DNA of 64,000 nucleotides, taken from positions 138,206-202,205 of IMG/VR virus record IMGVR_UViG_3300032281_000616. The stretch is one strand, 5' to 3'. The position numbers and the translations under genes were made by a program. Below are positions 35,208-45,685 of the stretch, piece after piece (positions within the stretch are counted from its first letter, which is position 1; every line of letters begins with the position of its first letter). This stretch comes from a virus. Its lineage: Duplodnaviria > Caudoviricetes. The notes under the pieces were generated by a model. That model saw only the letters and a list, made by a program, of their open reading frames with translations, had not been told where the DNA came from and ran no database searches.

Positions 35208-36278
35208 TTATAATTCTGATTCTATTGCAGATTTGATAAGCTTATCTTCCACTACCTTGTTGTCTAGGGTAACGAACCCGTAGGATTCCCGCCAATCTTG
35301 CCAGTGTTGCATGATACACATAGCTTGATCCTTTCGAGTGAATGAATCACCTCTGATACCATCGATGACATGATCAACCTTCTTCATCTTTTCTAAGACT
35401 TTATTGTAAGCAGTAACGATCTTGAACATATCATCTTTGATTTTCTCAGCTATCTCAAAATCCATAGTGAATTTTACAAAATTATAAAAATCCTCATATT
35501 TTGTAAACTTCTCAGTAGTCATAAACAAATCGAGAACTTGGTTAATATTCTTGATACCAGTAGCGAGTGAATGTAGAGATAAATATAAGTCCGCTTTAAT
35601 CTTCTTAAGTGTATTTCCATCTGGTGAATATAAAACTACACCCTCCGCGTGTTCCCACACTTTAATATCCATAATACACTCTTCCACTGTTTTGTAGTGA
35701 TATCTTTTTGGTCGAGATATATTCCATTTCTGAGCATATGAATCAACCTCGTCCTGTGGAAACATTATAGCAGTCTCATTATCTACGATTGCTAGTAATG
35801 TTAATGTTGGTATATTGTGTTCTCTCAAAACAATAATCCTACTTGGTCCAGTGTGTTCAAAGATTACAGAATGTTTACCATCTCTAACGAAGTTCTTAAT
35901 ATCTGGATAAAATTCGATCAACTTATGGACTTCTGGACCCGTTTCTTGAGTAAAAACCGATTCAACTCCTCTTGTTCTCAAAATCATTTGATTATTGTGA
36001 CATGAAAATATAATTGTCGATCCATCAATCTTATGCAATGCTTGAACGGGCCAAGAATGATCCCATGATTGAAATTCAGGATCTTCATGCCAATTTTTAA
36101 ATTTAGGCAACGATTGAGAAAGAACCTTATTATCTGACTTACGAACGATGCATGAACGAAATCGTGCATTTTCATCAGTCCACTTACAACCAATATGGTT
36201 CGGGGTGATAAGCCAGCAATCATCTCCTGCGATAACACAGTCTTTGTAAGTGAATTCTTCAGTCGTTGGTAGCTTCAT
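35208..36278 (-). CDS. RNA ligase 1 (T4 Rnl1-like; start MKLPTT)
   Basis: PKFKN, HKIDGS motif I, EGVVL, KKIKADLYL. Confidence 0.82.
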   Translation of the reverse strand: MKLPTTEEFTYKDCVIAGDDCWLITPNHIGCKWTDENARFRSCIVRKSDNKVLSQSLPKFKNWHEDPEFQSWDHSWPVQALHKIDGSTIIFSCHNNQMILRTRGVESVFTQETGPEVHKLIEFYPDIKNFVRDGKHSVIFEHTGPSRIIVLREHNIPTLTLLAIVDNETAIMFPQDEVDSYAQKWNISRPKRYHYKTVEECIMDIKVWEHAEGVVLYSPDGNTLKKIKADLYLSLHSLATGIKNINQVLDLFMTTEKFTKYEDFYNFVKFTMDFEIAEKIKDDMFKIVTAYNKVLEKMKKVDHVIDGIRGDSFTRKDQAMCIMQHWQDWRESYGFVTLDNKVVEDKLIKSAIESEL

Positions 36279-36981
36279 ACTCAGCATTATGGTTTAGTGT
36301 TTTATCAAGTAACACCACCGTTTTATTATCTACCCAATAATACTCTTGAGCATTTTCGTCAACAAATCTGTTCCATGCTTCTTGTAAATAATCTGGTGTA
36401 TTGGGAATTTTTGGGTAATCTTCGCCAATTTCACCGATATTCTCAAAATGCCTTGAAATCATTTCATCTAAATCACAACCATTGATAGTGTAATGTTTAG
36501 TAGATCCCATTACATACTCTGGAAGAGGATAATCATAATCCCAACAATCTCTAAGATCATCTACACCACCATAATAGAAAGTGTCCCCATCAAAGACAGG
36601 TTGCCAATAATCGGCTTCATCTACCTTTATAGCACTATCATAGATTCTCTTATCCCTAGCCTCACAATAGGCATTCATAGCCTTGGAATTACACATTTTA
36701 ACCTCTTCTTGTGATAGATATTTCTCAAGAACTTGTTTTTGCCAATATTCCATTGTATATTTGGGAACTTTATCAATACCATCTTGTGCAATAAAAGATG
36801 ATTGTGTTTCAGGATTGAATGCGATATTTTTATACTTTACCCCATCCTTCAACTCTGGATTAATCCAATTATTAACGACTTTAAGAATCTCTTCCCATCT
36901 CTCTTCAGAGAAGAGTGGTTGAAAATATTCCAGAGGATAATTTGTTAGTTGAATATAGTTCCCGAGTTTATTGTTTTTCAT
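36259..36981 (-). CDS. hypothetical protein
   Basis: ORF; C-terminus reads through motif (KTLNHN). Confidence 0.7.
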   Translation of the reverse strand: MKNNKLGNYIQLTNYPLEYFQPLFSEERWEEILKVVNNWINPELKDGVKYKNIAFNPETQSSFIAQDGIDKVPKYTMEYWQKQVLEKYLSQEEVKMCNSKAMNAYCEARDKRIYDSAIKVDEADYWQPVFDGDTFYYGGVDDLRDCWDYDYPLPEYVMGSTKHYTINGCDLDEMISRHFENIGEIGEDYPKIPNTPDYLQEAWNRFVDENAQEYYWVDNKTVVLLDKTLNHNAEYEATND

Positions 36982-37399
36982 ACTTAGCCTTCAATTCTTC
37001 TAATTTTTTACGTTCTGCTGCTTCTTGTGCAGCCGCTTCTTCTTTATCCCAGATATCTTTCCATTTCTTCCACTCTTTCAACTCTTCGGAATGTTTTTTC
37101 TTATCTTTATTATATTTTCTTAATTCAGATTTATAGTTTGGATTCTCGATATCCTCTTCTGAAAATTCGATCAAATATGCTTCGATAGATGGAATATCTG
37201 ATGGATAATAACAACACCCATAATCGTGATCTAAAGACAGTTTATATCGTCTACCTTCTTCAAAGATCAATTCGTCTCCATCACTCACTCTAACCTTAGA
37301 TAATTCACTATATGCTGGGATAGTTTTATTCGGTTTTTGTGTGAGTAATTTAGGCGGCCAAGTAGCACGAAACCACTTTGGATATTTAGATTTAGCCAT
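36968..37399 (-). CDS. hypothetical protein
   Basis: ORF. Confidence 0.7.
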   Translation of the reverse strand: MAKSKYPKWFRATWPPKLLTQKPNKTIPAYSELSKVRVSDGDELIFEEGRRYKLSLDHDYGCCYYPSDIPSIEAYLIEFSEEDIENPNYKSELRKYNKDKKKHSEELKEWKKWKDIWDKEEAAAQEAAERKKLEELKAKYEKQ

Positions 37400-37401
37400 A
37401 C

Positions 37402-37803
37402 TTATCGTAGTTTAAGATTTTCTCTAATGGTTTTCTCTTGGCGTTTCAGAGTTTCCTCTGGTACCGAGTGTACATCCCTACCACCGTGCCTATTTTCAAG
37501 CACAATAAAGGTCACAATGAACCCAAGATCTTCAGCTTGTTTCACATACTTGTTCCAATCAGAGGGTTTAGCATTTACATTAGCGATGATGATATCCTTA
37601 TCGGTTCCCAAAGCATCAACAAATTTGTTCCAACAATATCCATGAGCTTTCCCAAGACCCTCGGGATACCACTTATAATTACCTCCCTTATCAGTGAAGT
37701 AATCATCAGCACAGCATACTAAGGCATCAGGAAAAAGATTACAAAAAGTAGTCTTACCCGCTCCAGATACACCCCGAAGTACAATTAAATTTCTTTGTTT
37801 CAT
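37402..37803 (-). CDS. P-loop polynucleotide-kinase-like protein (AAA_33 type)
   Basis: LRGVSGAGKTT, CCADDYF, ENRHG...HSVPEE. Confidence 0.82.
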   Translation of the reverse strand: MKQRNLIVLRGVSGAGKTTFCNLFPDALVCCADDYFTDKGGNYKWYPEGLGKAHGYCWNKFVDALGTDKDIIIANVNAKPSDWNKYVKQAEDLGFIVTFIVLENRHGGRDVHSVPEETLKRQEKTIRENLKLR

Positions 37804-37804
37804 A

Positions 37805-38092
37805 TTATCGATTCCTTTTAGCTTTTGCTTTCTCTTGCCTAATCAACTTAGCTTCTTGCTTATTTGGAATATGTTCTCTGGTTGATAAGACTTCTTTCAA
37901 TCTATCAAAATAATTACTATAGAGTTGTAAAGAAATTTCTGCTTCTTCTAAAAGATATCGTCTATCCTCTGCAACACCTTCCGCCTTTGTTTTATAGGCA
38001 CGGATAGTCTCAAAATAAGACATCAATTCTCTTGTATTCCATTTTTCAATCTCTTCTATAGGATACTCATTCCAACATTCTCTTTTTGACAT
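37805..38092 (-). CDS. hypothetical protein
   Basis: ORF plus motif. Confidence 0.65.
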   Translation of the reverse strand: MSKRECWNEYPIEEIEKWNTRELMSYFETIRAYKTKAEGVAEDRRYLLEEAEISLQLYSNYFDRLKEVLSTREHIPNKQEAKLIRQEKAKAKRNR

Positions 38093-38106
38093 AATTTTAT
38101 TATACT

Positions 38107-38412
38107 CTAGTGTTTAATAATTTCTATTTTAGTTTCCTCGGTCACTTTAGCCTTTTTATTATACAACAAATCACCATGTATATTGAACCACCAGATACCC
38201 ATAGATTCTTGAAGAGGGTATTCGTCTTCTTCATTGTATGGAAGCTCATCATAAGCTTCGTATGCGGCATCTAATCCATCCTTTTCAAAGACATCGATGA
38301 CTTTAATCAACGCATCCCGATACTTCTTTTTCTTAAAGATTCTACGGATTCTATTTCTCTCCTCTTCGGGGTCGAATTCAATTGTAGTTACCTTAGTCTT
38401 GATTATTTTCAT
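38107..38412 (-). CDS. hypothetical protein ending KH*
   Basis: ORF. Confidence 0.65.
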   Translation of the reverse strand: MKIIKTKVTTIEFDPEEERNRIRRIFKKKKYRDALIKVIDVFEKDGLDAAYEAYDELPYNEEDEYPLQESMGIWWFNIHGDLLYNKKAKVTEETKIEIIKH

Positions 38413-38582
38413 TTATGTGAATTATATGCCTTTTCTAAACCGTTCGTTGAGTCTTCTTTGGTTTTACCTATAACAGATATACCTAAAGGTTGATAATATG
38501 CTATCCAAAAGGATTCAGCTTCTAAATATCTGATATCTTTCGCTATTTCAGAAAAATCTGGTAAAGTCTTTTTATCTGTCAT
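38409..38582 (-). CDS. 57-aa protein (not in ORF track)
   Basis: MTDKKTLPDF...; ATGA overlap. Confidence 0.5.
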   Translation of the reverse strand: MTDKKTLPDFSEIAKDIRYLEAESFWIAYYQPLGISVIGKTKEDSTNGLEKAYNSHK

Positions 38583-38583
38583 A

Positions 38584-38625
38584 TTATCGCAATTCTATGG
38601 TTTTTGGCCAATCTGGAAATACTGA
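38584..38625 (-). pseudogene. displaced duplicate of 2H-phosphoesterase 3' end
   Basis: SVFPDWPKTIELR* vs SAYPSWPKTIEIR. Confidence 0.7.
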
Positions 38626-38629
38626 TCCG

Positions 38630-39607
38630 TTATTCTTTTTTCCAAAGGAAACCTTTGTAATGTTTTTTTGTTCCAGCAAAAACCGCTGATATTGGAGAAA
38701 AATTGAACATATTAAAATATTTTTTAATTTCTGTTGAAGTTTCCCAAACCTTTATCAAGTTCCCTGACATATCATATTGACCAATGTTGCGAAGTATCAA
38801 CTTATCTGGATTGCTCATTTTTTGTCTACTTTCACATATTCTAGTTTTTATATAATCAACTATCTCTCTTTTGGTTTTCTTTTCATATGAAAAGAAATAT
38901 CCTTTATATGAAATATTCTTACCCATAGCAACATGAGATATACTACAAATACTTTTAAGATTTAGTGCATCAGCACAACTCCTAGCATCTTTCCATATTC
39001 CCACAAAACACCCATCCAACATGTATGCGTATACATTTTTCCGCCTATAATCTCCATTTTTTGGAATTATATTGTAGTCTTTTAAAATTTTTAAAACTAC
39101 ACTATGACTCAATCCCAATTCCCTCGAAACACCCAAAGCATTTTTGGTTTCTTTATAAAGCTTAAGAACATCGATTTCGTAAGGTTCCCTTTTCTTTCTT
39201 TTTGTTATATTTGTCTTTTCTATGATAGACTTGGAGACTTTATAACCGACATTACTTTCTGCGGTGGGTCTAGAATTGTAACCATTATTACAACTATCGT
39301 ATTTGGTAATATAAAACGTCTCCATCTCTATTATATTCCCACCATCGCAAGAATCTATGATTTCGAATGTAAGATTTTCTCCGCCATACTTATTATAAGC
39401 ATATTGTAATTTTTTCGAATAATGTATTCCCAATTTAAGTAAATCAGCGTGTTTACCCCATCTAGTTCTAATTCCGTAATAACTACCTTTCCGAATACTC
39501 GCAGAACTTCCTATATAAACTTTATTAGATGTTGAATTAATAAATGTTAATTTATATACGCCTGTAGTAACTGGCCAACTTTTCCTATCTTGTAATGTGT
39601 ATACCAC
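38630..39607 (-). mobile_element. GIY-YIG homing endonuclease (NUMOD1-like repeats)
   Basis: TGVYKL...KVYIGSS; GYNS; QYDMSGNLIKVWE. Confidence 0.85.
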
Positions 39608-39611
39608 AATA

Positions 39612-40073
39612 CTATTTAGTCATTGTGGTAGCATTTTTTTCTCTAATTTCGATAGTTTTTGGCCAACTGGGATAAGCTGAATTAAATTTTCCATTCGCTA
39701 TAGTCAAATGAATTCCTTTAAATCTTTCACCATCTACAACTTCAACCTTCTTCTTGATCTTATCTAGTTCTTGCGAATACACTCTAAGGTAATACATTAA
39801 GAATCCCTTGGTATAACCACCTTCAACAATGTTCTCATCATAATCAAACTCGATAGTTTTACCACGATAATACATAGCTTTCTCCCAGTTGATTTTCTTG
39901 TTAAATTTTTGAGAATATAAAGTGATATGAGCCCCGTGCATTGGTCTGTTCATTCTGATCCAATACTTACGCTGAATAAACCAATAATAAAGCTCAACAA
40001 GATCTTGAGAAACATCAAGAACCATACGACCTTTGTGTGGTTGAACATTTATAACTCCAGACGCCTTTAACAT
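39612..40073 (-). CDS. 2H phosphoesterase-family protein
   Basis: two HxT motifs: GAHITL and GIHLTI. Confidence 0.7.
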   Translation of the reverse strand: MLKASGVINVQPHKGRMVLDVSQDLVELYYWFIQRKYWIRMNRPMHGAHITLYSQKFNKKINWEKAMYYRGKTIEFDYDENIVEGGYTKGFLMYYLRVYSQELDKIKKKVEVVDGERFKGIHLTIANGKFNSAYPSWPKTIEIREKNATTMTK

Positions 40074-40098
40074 GTCTAAATTGTAATCTAGTGTTTAA

Positions 40099-40647
40099 TC
40101 AAGTCCAAAGTGATTGTCTAAGTCTAACGATACCCATCATAGCCCATGTATCTTTCTCTTCAATCAAAGCCTCCAAACGATGAACTTCGGCATATGCATC
40201 CTTGTAAGATTTACCATAAATTTGTTCACATGTTCTCATTTGATATACTTTATTCCCATCTTTATCAATTTCATCAATATGATCAAAGAAATTACCACCA
40301 TCAAGAGGTTTAGGATATGACACATCCAACTCTTTTTGGAGTTGTGGTCTAATGTTTTTAATGTAGTCATAAATCTCCTCTAGTTCCTTTCTGATTGGTT
40401 CTCTGATAAGTCTCCAATCTTCAGATTCTCCTGTATATCTCTCACCCCAAATCGACTCCAATCCTTCTTCATCTTCCACGAAATTCACAAGTATTTCAAA
40501 AAGAATAATGGGAATAAGCTCTACCTTATCACAAAAATGATTTGGGATTTTTTTGATTAACCATTTTTGTCTTGGATTAAACCAATCTCGAATATTATAA
40601 AATTGTTCTTTCCACCAATAGCTATTTGTAATAGTTCTACGCTTCAT
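40099..40647 (-). CDS. hypothetical protein
   Basis: ORF. Confidence 0.7.
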   Translation of the reverse strand: MKRRTITNSYWWKEQFYNIRDWFNPRQKWLIKKIPNHFCDKVELIPIILFEILVNFVEDEEGLESIWGERYTGESEDWRLIREPIRKELEEIYDYIKNIRPQLQKELDVSYPKPLDGGNFFDHIDEIDKDGNKVYQMRTCEQIYGKSYKDAYAEVHRLEALIEEKDTWAMMGIVRLRQSLWT

Positions 40648-40756
40648 ATAATAATTCTAATTTATTAATCTCCTTTAAAACCTCATCTTTTGTCATATTA
40701 AACAAATTGTATACTGGAATTTTGTAGTGATTAGCTACGCGAATAGCTTGACTCAT
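40637..40756 (-). CDS. 39-aa peptide resembling the C-terminus of phage DprA/SLOG-like proteins
   Basis: MSQAIRVANHYKIPVYNL; ATG 6 nt after motif. Confidence 0.45.
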   Translation of the reverse strand: MSQAIRVANHYKIPVYNLFNMTKDEVLKEINKLELLYEA

Positions 40757-40770
40757 AACCGTATGATATC

Positions 40771-41439
40771 TTAGTGTTTAATGTATTTTTCAGTTAAAGG
40801 AGTTAATGATGATAATTTACCGTCTTCAATCAAATACACTTCACCGTTTTTCGGAGTCTTATATTTTTCGAATTCTTTAACAGACCAACCTAAAATATAC
40901 ATAAGATATAATTTGTTGAATTCTCCATGAGCAACTACAATATTATTCTCATAATTAGTATTACTCTTCATCCACATATCAAATAAAACTACTCTCTGAT
41001 ATGCATCCAAGAAACTCTCACCACCTTCTGGTCTATAATAGAAATTAAAATGATCCTCTGTTTTTTTACCAGCTTCTACAATATCTCTCAGAGATCCCCA
41101 ATTTCTTTCAATCAATAAAGGCATCTCCTGATAATTCTCAATATGATATCCTTCAAAATTGGTGATTTGTCCATGAATGATGTCTGCTGTTTGCCTAGCT
41201 CTTTTATATGGGCTATAAAACATATTGAACCTATAAGGTGGGTTCTTGCTAGGGTATGGATAATCGGGATCGTTTTTATGAACGATATGATCATTTAAAT
41301 CCATGATTCTGTCACCAGATTTTACAGCTTGAGCTTGTCCCTTGAGTGTGATAGATATGTCACAATCCAATTTTTCAAAATAAACAGAGGGGTTCTCGTT
41401 CCCCTCCGAACTTCCGTGGCGCACTAAATACAATTTCAT
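40771..41439 (-). CDS. histidine phosphatase (phosphoglycerate mutase family)
   Basis: LYLVRHG, SPYKRARQT, GGES, VAHG. Confidence 0.88.
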   Translation of the reverse strand: MKLYLVRHGSSEGNENPSVYFEKLDCDISITLKGQAQAVKSGDRIMDLNDHIVHKNDPDYPYPSKNPPYRFNMFYSPYKRARQTADIIHGQITNFEGYHIENYQEMPLLIERNWGSLRDIVEAGKKTEDHFNFYYRPEGGESFLDAYQRVVLFDMWMKSNTNYENNIVVAHGEFNKLYLMYILGWSVKEFEKYKTPKNGEVYLIEDGKLSSLTPLTEKYIKH

Positions 41440-41702
41440 AATAATTCAAAACTTTCCCATCTAATAAGACCCTCTGAGTCGAAGTTGCATCCACCACAAC
41501 CACCACTTCGACCATTACAAATGATACAAACTTTCCTGTGATGCTCTTTATTTAAAGATTTAATAACACCTCTCCCAGAACAATGATAACAACCAGTAGT
41601 AGATTCGTGACCACAAAAATAATCCAATTCACCCTCACCTTCACAAGCAGGACAAATCATTAAACCTGTGGATTCTATAATTTTTTTTACGCTACCTGTC
41701 AT
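41436..41702 (-). CDS. DnaJ-type CxxCxGxG zinc-finger protein
   Basis: CPACEGEG, CYHCSGRG, CIICNG. Confidence 0.7.
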   Translation of the reverse strand: MTGSVKKIIESTGLMICPACEGEGELDYFCGHESTTGCYHCSGRGVIKSLNKEHHRKVCIICNGRSGGCGGCNFDSEGLIRWESFELL

Positions 41703-41857
41703 AATAATGGTAAGTGATTTGTTATTCCTTCAAACTTATAGTCCCAGTGTGGTCCTATTCCTAAACAAGTTATAGGTTCTGTCGGATAGTCTGTATAATA
41801 CGTTAGATTATCTGACTTATACTTATTATCTATAAATTTAGTAATCTTTGTAGCCAT
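41699..41857 (-). CDS. 52-aa protein resembling the C-terminal half of peptidyl-tRNA hydrolase 2
   Basis: TEPITCLGIGP...ITNHLPLL*. Confidence 0.45.
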   Translation of the reverse strand: MATKITKFIDNKYKSDNLTYYTDYPTEPITCLGIGPHWDYKFEGITNHLPLL

Positions 41858-42605
41858 ATCTCGCATCTAGAACAATGTCGGAAGCCAAGTCAACATCAAA
41901 TTTGAAATTGATGATAGATTCATCCATGATTTTCTCTAATTTTTTAAATTCTTCATCAACCAAACCAGACAATTCATCCTTTGTAAAGTTTTCTGGTTTG
42001 GTTTTGATTTCCATCAAAAAATCGTGATAATTAGGATCGAAATCTTTCACTTTAACCATATAATCCCCAGAGGTGAAGAATACTTGACCCACTTTACATA
42101 AACGCAAAATTTGTACAAAATTCTTCGGGCTGTATTCATACTTTTCAACCGCAGCTTTTCGTTTACCACCTAATTGACCAGATCTTTCTCCCGTAGCTAA
42201 TCTAATCTCACTGAACACATAACCCTTCAAAGAAGACTTTAGAATATTAGTTTCAATTAGATCATAACGGTTTTCTCTAATATAGTCAAACAGATTAGAC
42301 TTATATGTGAAGGCATCATCTGGTGCAAATAGAATCTCTAATACTTGCGTATTTGATTTTCTCAAAAGCTTTAAATATCGAGTGAGTTCGTAATAAGTAG
42401 AATCAATTTCATTGTCCTGAACGATAGACTCAATTGTATCAAATCCACTGATATACTTTTTATCGGTGGCTATAAATAAACCACGATAATCGATATCTGA
42501 TGATTCATTATTCAGTCCATACAAAGTCGATCCACCGATAAGCTCGACTAATAATTCACCTCCACAATTTACAAAGGCTGGATGTTCTTTAATTGATTCA
42601 TTCAT
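41838..42605 (-). CDS. Pol-beta-superfamily nucleotidyltransferase (RlaP-like; start MNESIKE)
   Basis: GGSTLYGLNNESSDIDYRG; KSNTQVLEIL. Confidence 0.8.
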   Translation of the reverse strand: MNESIKEHPAFVNCGGELLVELIGGSTLYGLNNESSDIDYRGLFIATDKKYISGFDTIESIVQDNEIDSTYYELTRYLKLLRKSNTQVLEILFAPDDAFTYKSNLFDYIRENRYDLIETNILKSSLKGYVFSEIRLATGERSGQLGGKRKAAVEKYEYSPKNFVQILRLCKVGQVFFTSGDYMVKVKDFDPNYHDFLMEIKTKPENFTKDELSGLVDEEFKKLEKIMDESIINFKFDVDLASDIVLDARYGYKDY

Positions 42606-42756
42606 GTTCAACATTATGATTTAGTGTTTTATTATTTTGAGTTTCGTTAGAAAATGCTAATCTTTGACATGTTCCTACACCTAAACACAATAACAAAATC
42701 AAAATACCTATACCCAAGAATTCAGCAAAGTTAGAGTTATACCATTTATCGTTCAT
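42598..42756 (-). CDS. 52-aa membrane protein (not in ORF track)
   Basis: FLGIGILILLLCLGVG; ends by reading through motif (KTLNHN). Confidence 0.5.
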   Translation of the reverse strand: MNDKWYNSNFAEFLGIGILILLLCLGVGTCQRLAFSNETQNNKTLNHNVEHE

Positions 42757-43009
42757 TTTTATTTCTCCTATAATTTTCTACTTTTATATAATCGTCTTCA
42801 CTAATTACTCTTAACTCACTGGAATAACATTCTGTTGTCCATCTTCTACCTTTGGGTTTGACATAGAAATATCCACCATCAATCCTAGTAATTCTACCAT
42901 ATTGGGGATATGTTTTTTTGATAAATGGTGATCCGAGTTTAGGACATTCCACGCGAGGCTGTAATTCAGCTATTGTAGATAGTAATTCTACTGGATCACC
43001 CTTTTTCAT
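42746..43009 (-). CDS. SH3-like hypothetical protein
   Basis: MKKGDPV...YGRITRI...YVK. Confidence 0.65.
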   Translation of the reverse strand: MKKGDPVELLSTIAELQPRVECPKLGSPFIKKTYPQYGRITRIDGGYFYVKPKGRRWTTECYSSELRVISEDDYIKVENYRRNKNER

Positions 43010-43051
43010 GAAAAAATAATTATGTTTTGATTAAATAATACTAAAGATATC

Positions 43052-43189
43052 ATGAAAATAGAAAAAAGCAAAATCGAAGTTTTTTTAACCACCGAAATAA
43101 AAAATAAATTAAGAGATCGTGCGAATAAACATGGAACAACTATGTCCGAAATAATCAAAAGAATGTTGGAAGAATATTTAAACAAATGA
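43052..43189 (+). CDS. ribbon-helix-helix DNA-binding protein (not in ORF track)
   Basis: IEVFLTTEIKNKLRDRANKHGTTMSEIIKRMLEEYL; ATGA-coupled to endonuclease. Confidence 0.7.
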   Translation: MKIEKSKIEVFLTTEIKNKLRDRANKHGTTMSEIIKRMLEEYLNK

Positions 43190-43974
43190 AATTAACCAAT
43201 AAATTTGAAAATATACCGGGTGTTTATGTTATAACAAATTTAATCAATGGTAAAGTTTATGTCGGAGAAAGTTTAAAAATACATAAACGTATTTCGGAAC
43301 ATAAATCTAGAAAAGACAGACTTATAAGTAAAGCGTTTAAAAAATATGGTATTGAAAATTTCACAATTTATATAGAATATATGCCAAATTTTTCTAAAAA
43401 TGATTTGTGGGATTTGGAAGAACAGTTAATTTTAAAATTTGATTCATTGTCTCCAAAAGGATATAATATATGTTCGCGTGGCGATGGTCCTGTTGGCTTG
43501 AAACATTCACCAGAATCCAAGCTCAAAATGAGTGAATCACAAAAACTAATAGCAAAATACGGTTCCGAAAATCCACTCAGCAAGCCTGTGTATGTTTATG
43601 GAATAAATGGAAAATTTATCAAACATTTTATAGGTTATACTCAAGCAGGGAGAGAATTGGGGTTATCTCATTCGACTATTATAGGTGTTTTAGATGGAAC
43701 ACATTTGCAAAGCAAAGGATACATATTCAAAAAAGAATATATGGGGAAAGAAATTACACCAATTTCAAATAACGAAATCGAAAGCAAATCAACAAAAAGA
43801 AAAGTTGCTCGCTGTGATATAGAAGGTAATATACTAGAAAAATTCGATTCTGTTTGGGATGCAGCAGTATCCACTAATACAAGTAGACAAGCCATCACAG
43901 GAGCGTTGAGGGGATTAACCAAAAAATCAAAATTTCGACTATGTAAAGGATTCAGATGGAAGTATTTAAATTAA
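43186..43974 (+). mobile_element. GIY-YIG homing endonuclease
   Basis: PGVYVITNLINGKVYVGES; GYN; HSPESKLKMS. Confidence 0.88.
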
Positions 43975-45368
43975 TTTTCATCTTCTAGATTTAATTCATC
44001 TCTATCCCTTTCCTCAGATTCCCTAACTAAGAAATTTGGACTCTTATATTTAAAAACTGGTTTCGTTTCTCGACTATTGATTTTTATAACAACACCCTCA
44101 TTAACAACACCTGTTGTACAATATTCACAAATTTTATCGAGATATTTTTCTTTTGTCTTCTTCATCCAATTATCACCCCAAGCATCATTAAGCGGAATAT
44201 CTGGAAATAAATCTTTGGCCTTCCCTTTAAAATAAACAGGAACAGTTTTTAATCCAATTTCTTCACAAAGCCTTTCAATTTCTTCCCATGTAAATTCATA
44301 ATAATTTCCACATTCATCAACTTTACTAGCCCTGTATACCCATAATTCGGATTCTCCTTTGATCACCCCATAATCATACTGACTTTGAATAGTTTTGTTT
44401 GGAGAAGCCCATCCTAAAATTTCACCAAATATTTCGACACCCTTTGGAAGCTTTCCCTCTATTAGTTCGGCGTGTTTCCCATAAAGATTATCTGTATATT
44501 TCCCATCTCGTCTATTTTGTAATATATTTCTACTGGAATACACAAGCTTATATTCAGTCTTTGGTATATTCAACCCAAAATATGATAATACACTTTCGCT
44601 TAATCCTAAATTTCTTTTACATAAGACGTAACCAGCACAAAAACTCGTTCCGTGAATTTTTGATGTGATTGTTATATCATCATCTGGTTGTAGTATCCAA
44701 CTATTTTTGTAAAAATTCTCTGTTTTATAGTGTTGTCTGAATTGTCCATCAACAATAAGAGACTTGATACCATCGTCCTTAGATAGACCATAGTACCACT
44801 TAACTACAGGGAAAATGGTAGTCCTAACAGTGCGAGGGAAAATACCCAAGGTTGTATTAATCCACTTAGGAATTTTATTTTTGGATGTATTATTCTCATT
44901 GTTAGACTTAGCCTCTGGTCTAATGTATTTGGTTACAAGTAAATCCTCACCAACAGTATCAAATGATTCACCCAAGGCAAAAATTCTAGGAGAAATGTTG
45001 TAATATTTGGCCAATTCCTCAATCTTATACAAGAACCCTTGAGATGGAATTCCGCGCAATTTGACAGCTTTTACACGATTACCCTTTTGCGAGAAAAATC
45101 CCTTAGTCTTCCCATCAGCATTAAGAATTTCCTTATCATATAAATTAGCCCATGACAAGAACTTAGGCGATAGACAAGATTCTACAGGGAAGTAAACACA
45201 TAGGTCATCCTTCACATAAGATCCTTTTCCTAATACCACAGTATTACCAAAAATTTCTGTCAACTCCAACTTATCCGCATTTGGATGATTTGTAATTTCT
45301 CCAATTTTGACTACTGTAGCCAAGTAATTCGGATCTGCGTTTTCTGATACTTTCAATTTAGTTTCCAT
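43971..45368 (-). CDS. RNA ligase, Rnl2/DRB0094-like with N-terminal OB-like domain
   Basis: HPNADKLE...CVYFP; TSKIHGTS motif I; FGEI; EGVVI; FKYKS. Confidence 0.85.
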   Translation of the reverse strand: METKLKVSENADPNYLATVVKIGEITNHPNADKLELTEIFGNTVVLGKGSYVKDDLCVYFPVESCLSPKFLSWANLYDKEILNADGKTKGFFSQKGNRVKAVKLRGIPSQGFLYKIEELAKYYNISPRIFALGESFDTVGEDLLVTKYIRPEAKSNNENNTSKNKIPKWINTTLGIFPRTVRTTIFPVVKWYYGLSKDDGIKSLIVDGQFRQHYKTENFYKNSWILQPDDDITITSKIHGTSFCAGYVLCKRNLGLSESVLSYFGLNIPKTEYKLVYSSRNILQNRRDGKYTDNLYGKHAELIEGKLPKGVEIFGEILGWASPNKTIQSQYDYGVIKGESELWVYRASKVDECGNYYEFTWEEIERLCEEIGLKTVPVYFKGKAKDLFPDIPLNDAWGDNWMKKTKEKYLDKICEYCTTGVVNEGVVIKINSRETKPVFKYKSPNFLVRESEERDRDELNLEDEN

Positions 45369-45469
45369 ATGATTAAATAATTATGTATGAAATTTTGTGA
45401 TGAATTTAAACAAAGCTAATTCTGAAGGTTGGCTGTTCCTAGATAATTGAATTATATTTTAGTGTTTAA

Positions 45470-45622
45470 TTATTTGTTTTTTATTTGATCATCAAGACCA
45501 GAATCTTTGGCTAATTGTCTAATATCTTGAATTTCCTTTACCGTTGGTAACGTGCTTTGAGCTTTTTCTCCACCCTCAATATCATAAACCACGAACTCGA
45601 TATTTGGATGCAATTCTTCCAT
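45470..45622 (-). pseudogene. displaced duplicate of macrodomain 3' end
   Basis: IVESILQTMEELHPNIEFVVYDI vs IISAILLSTEKRHPNIEFIAYNL. Confidence 0.6.
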
Positions 45623-45685
45623 GGTTTGTAAAATGGATTCTACAATGGTTCCTCAATATCCATCAGCTAGACTAAATAATATTAC

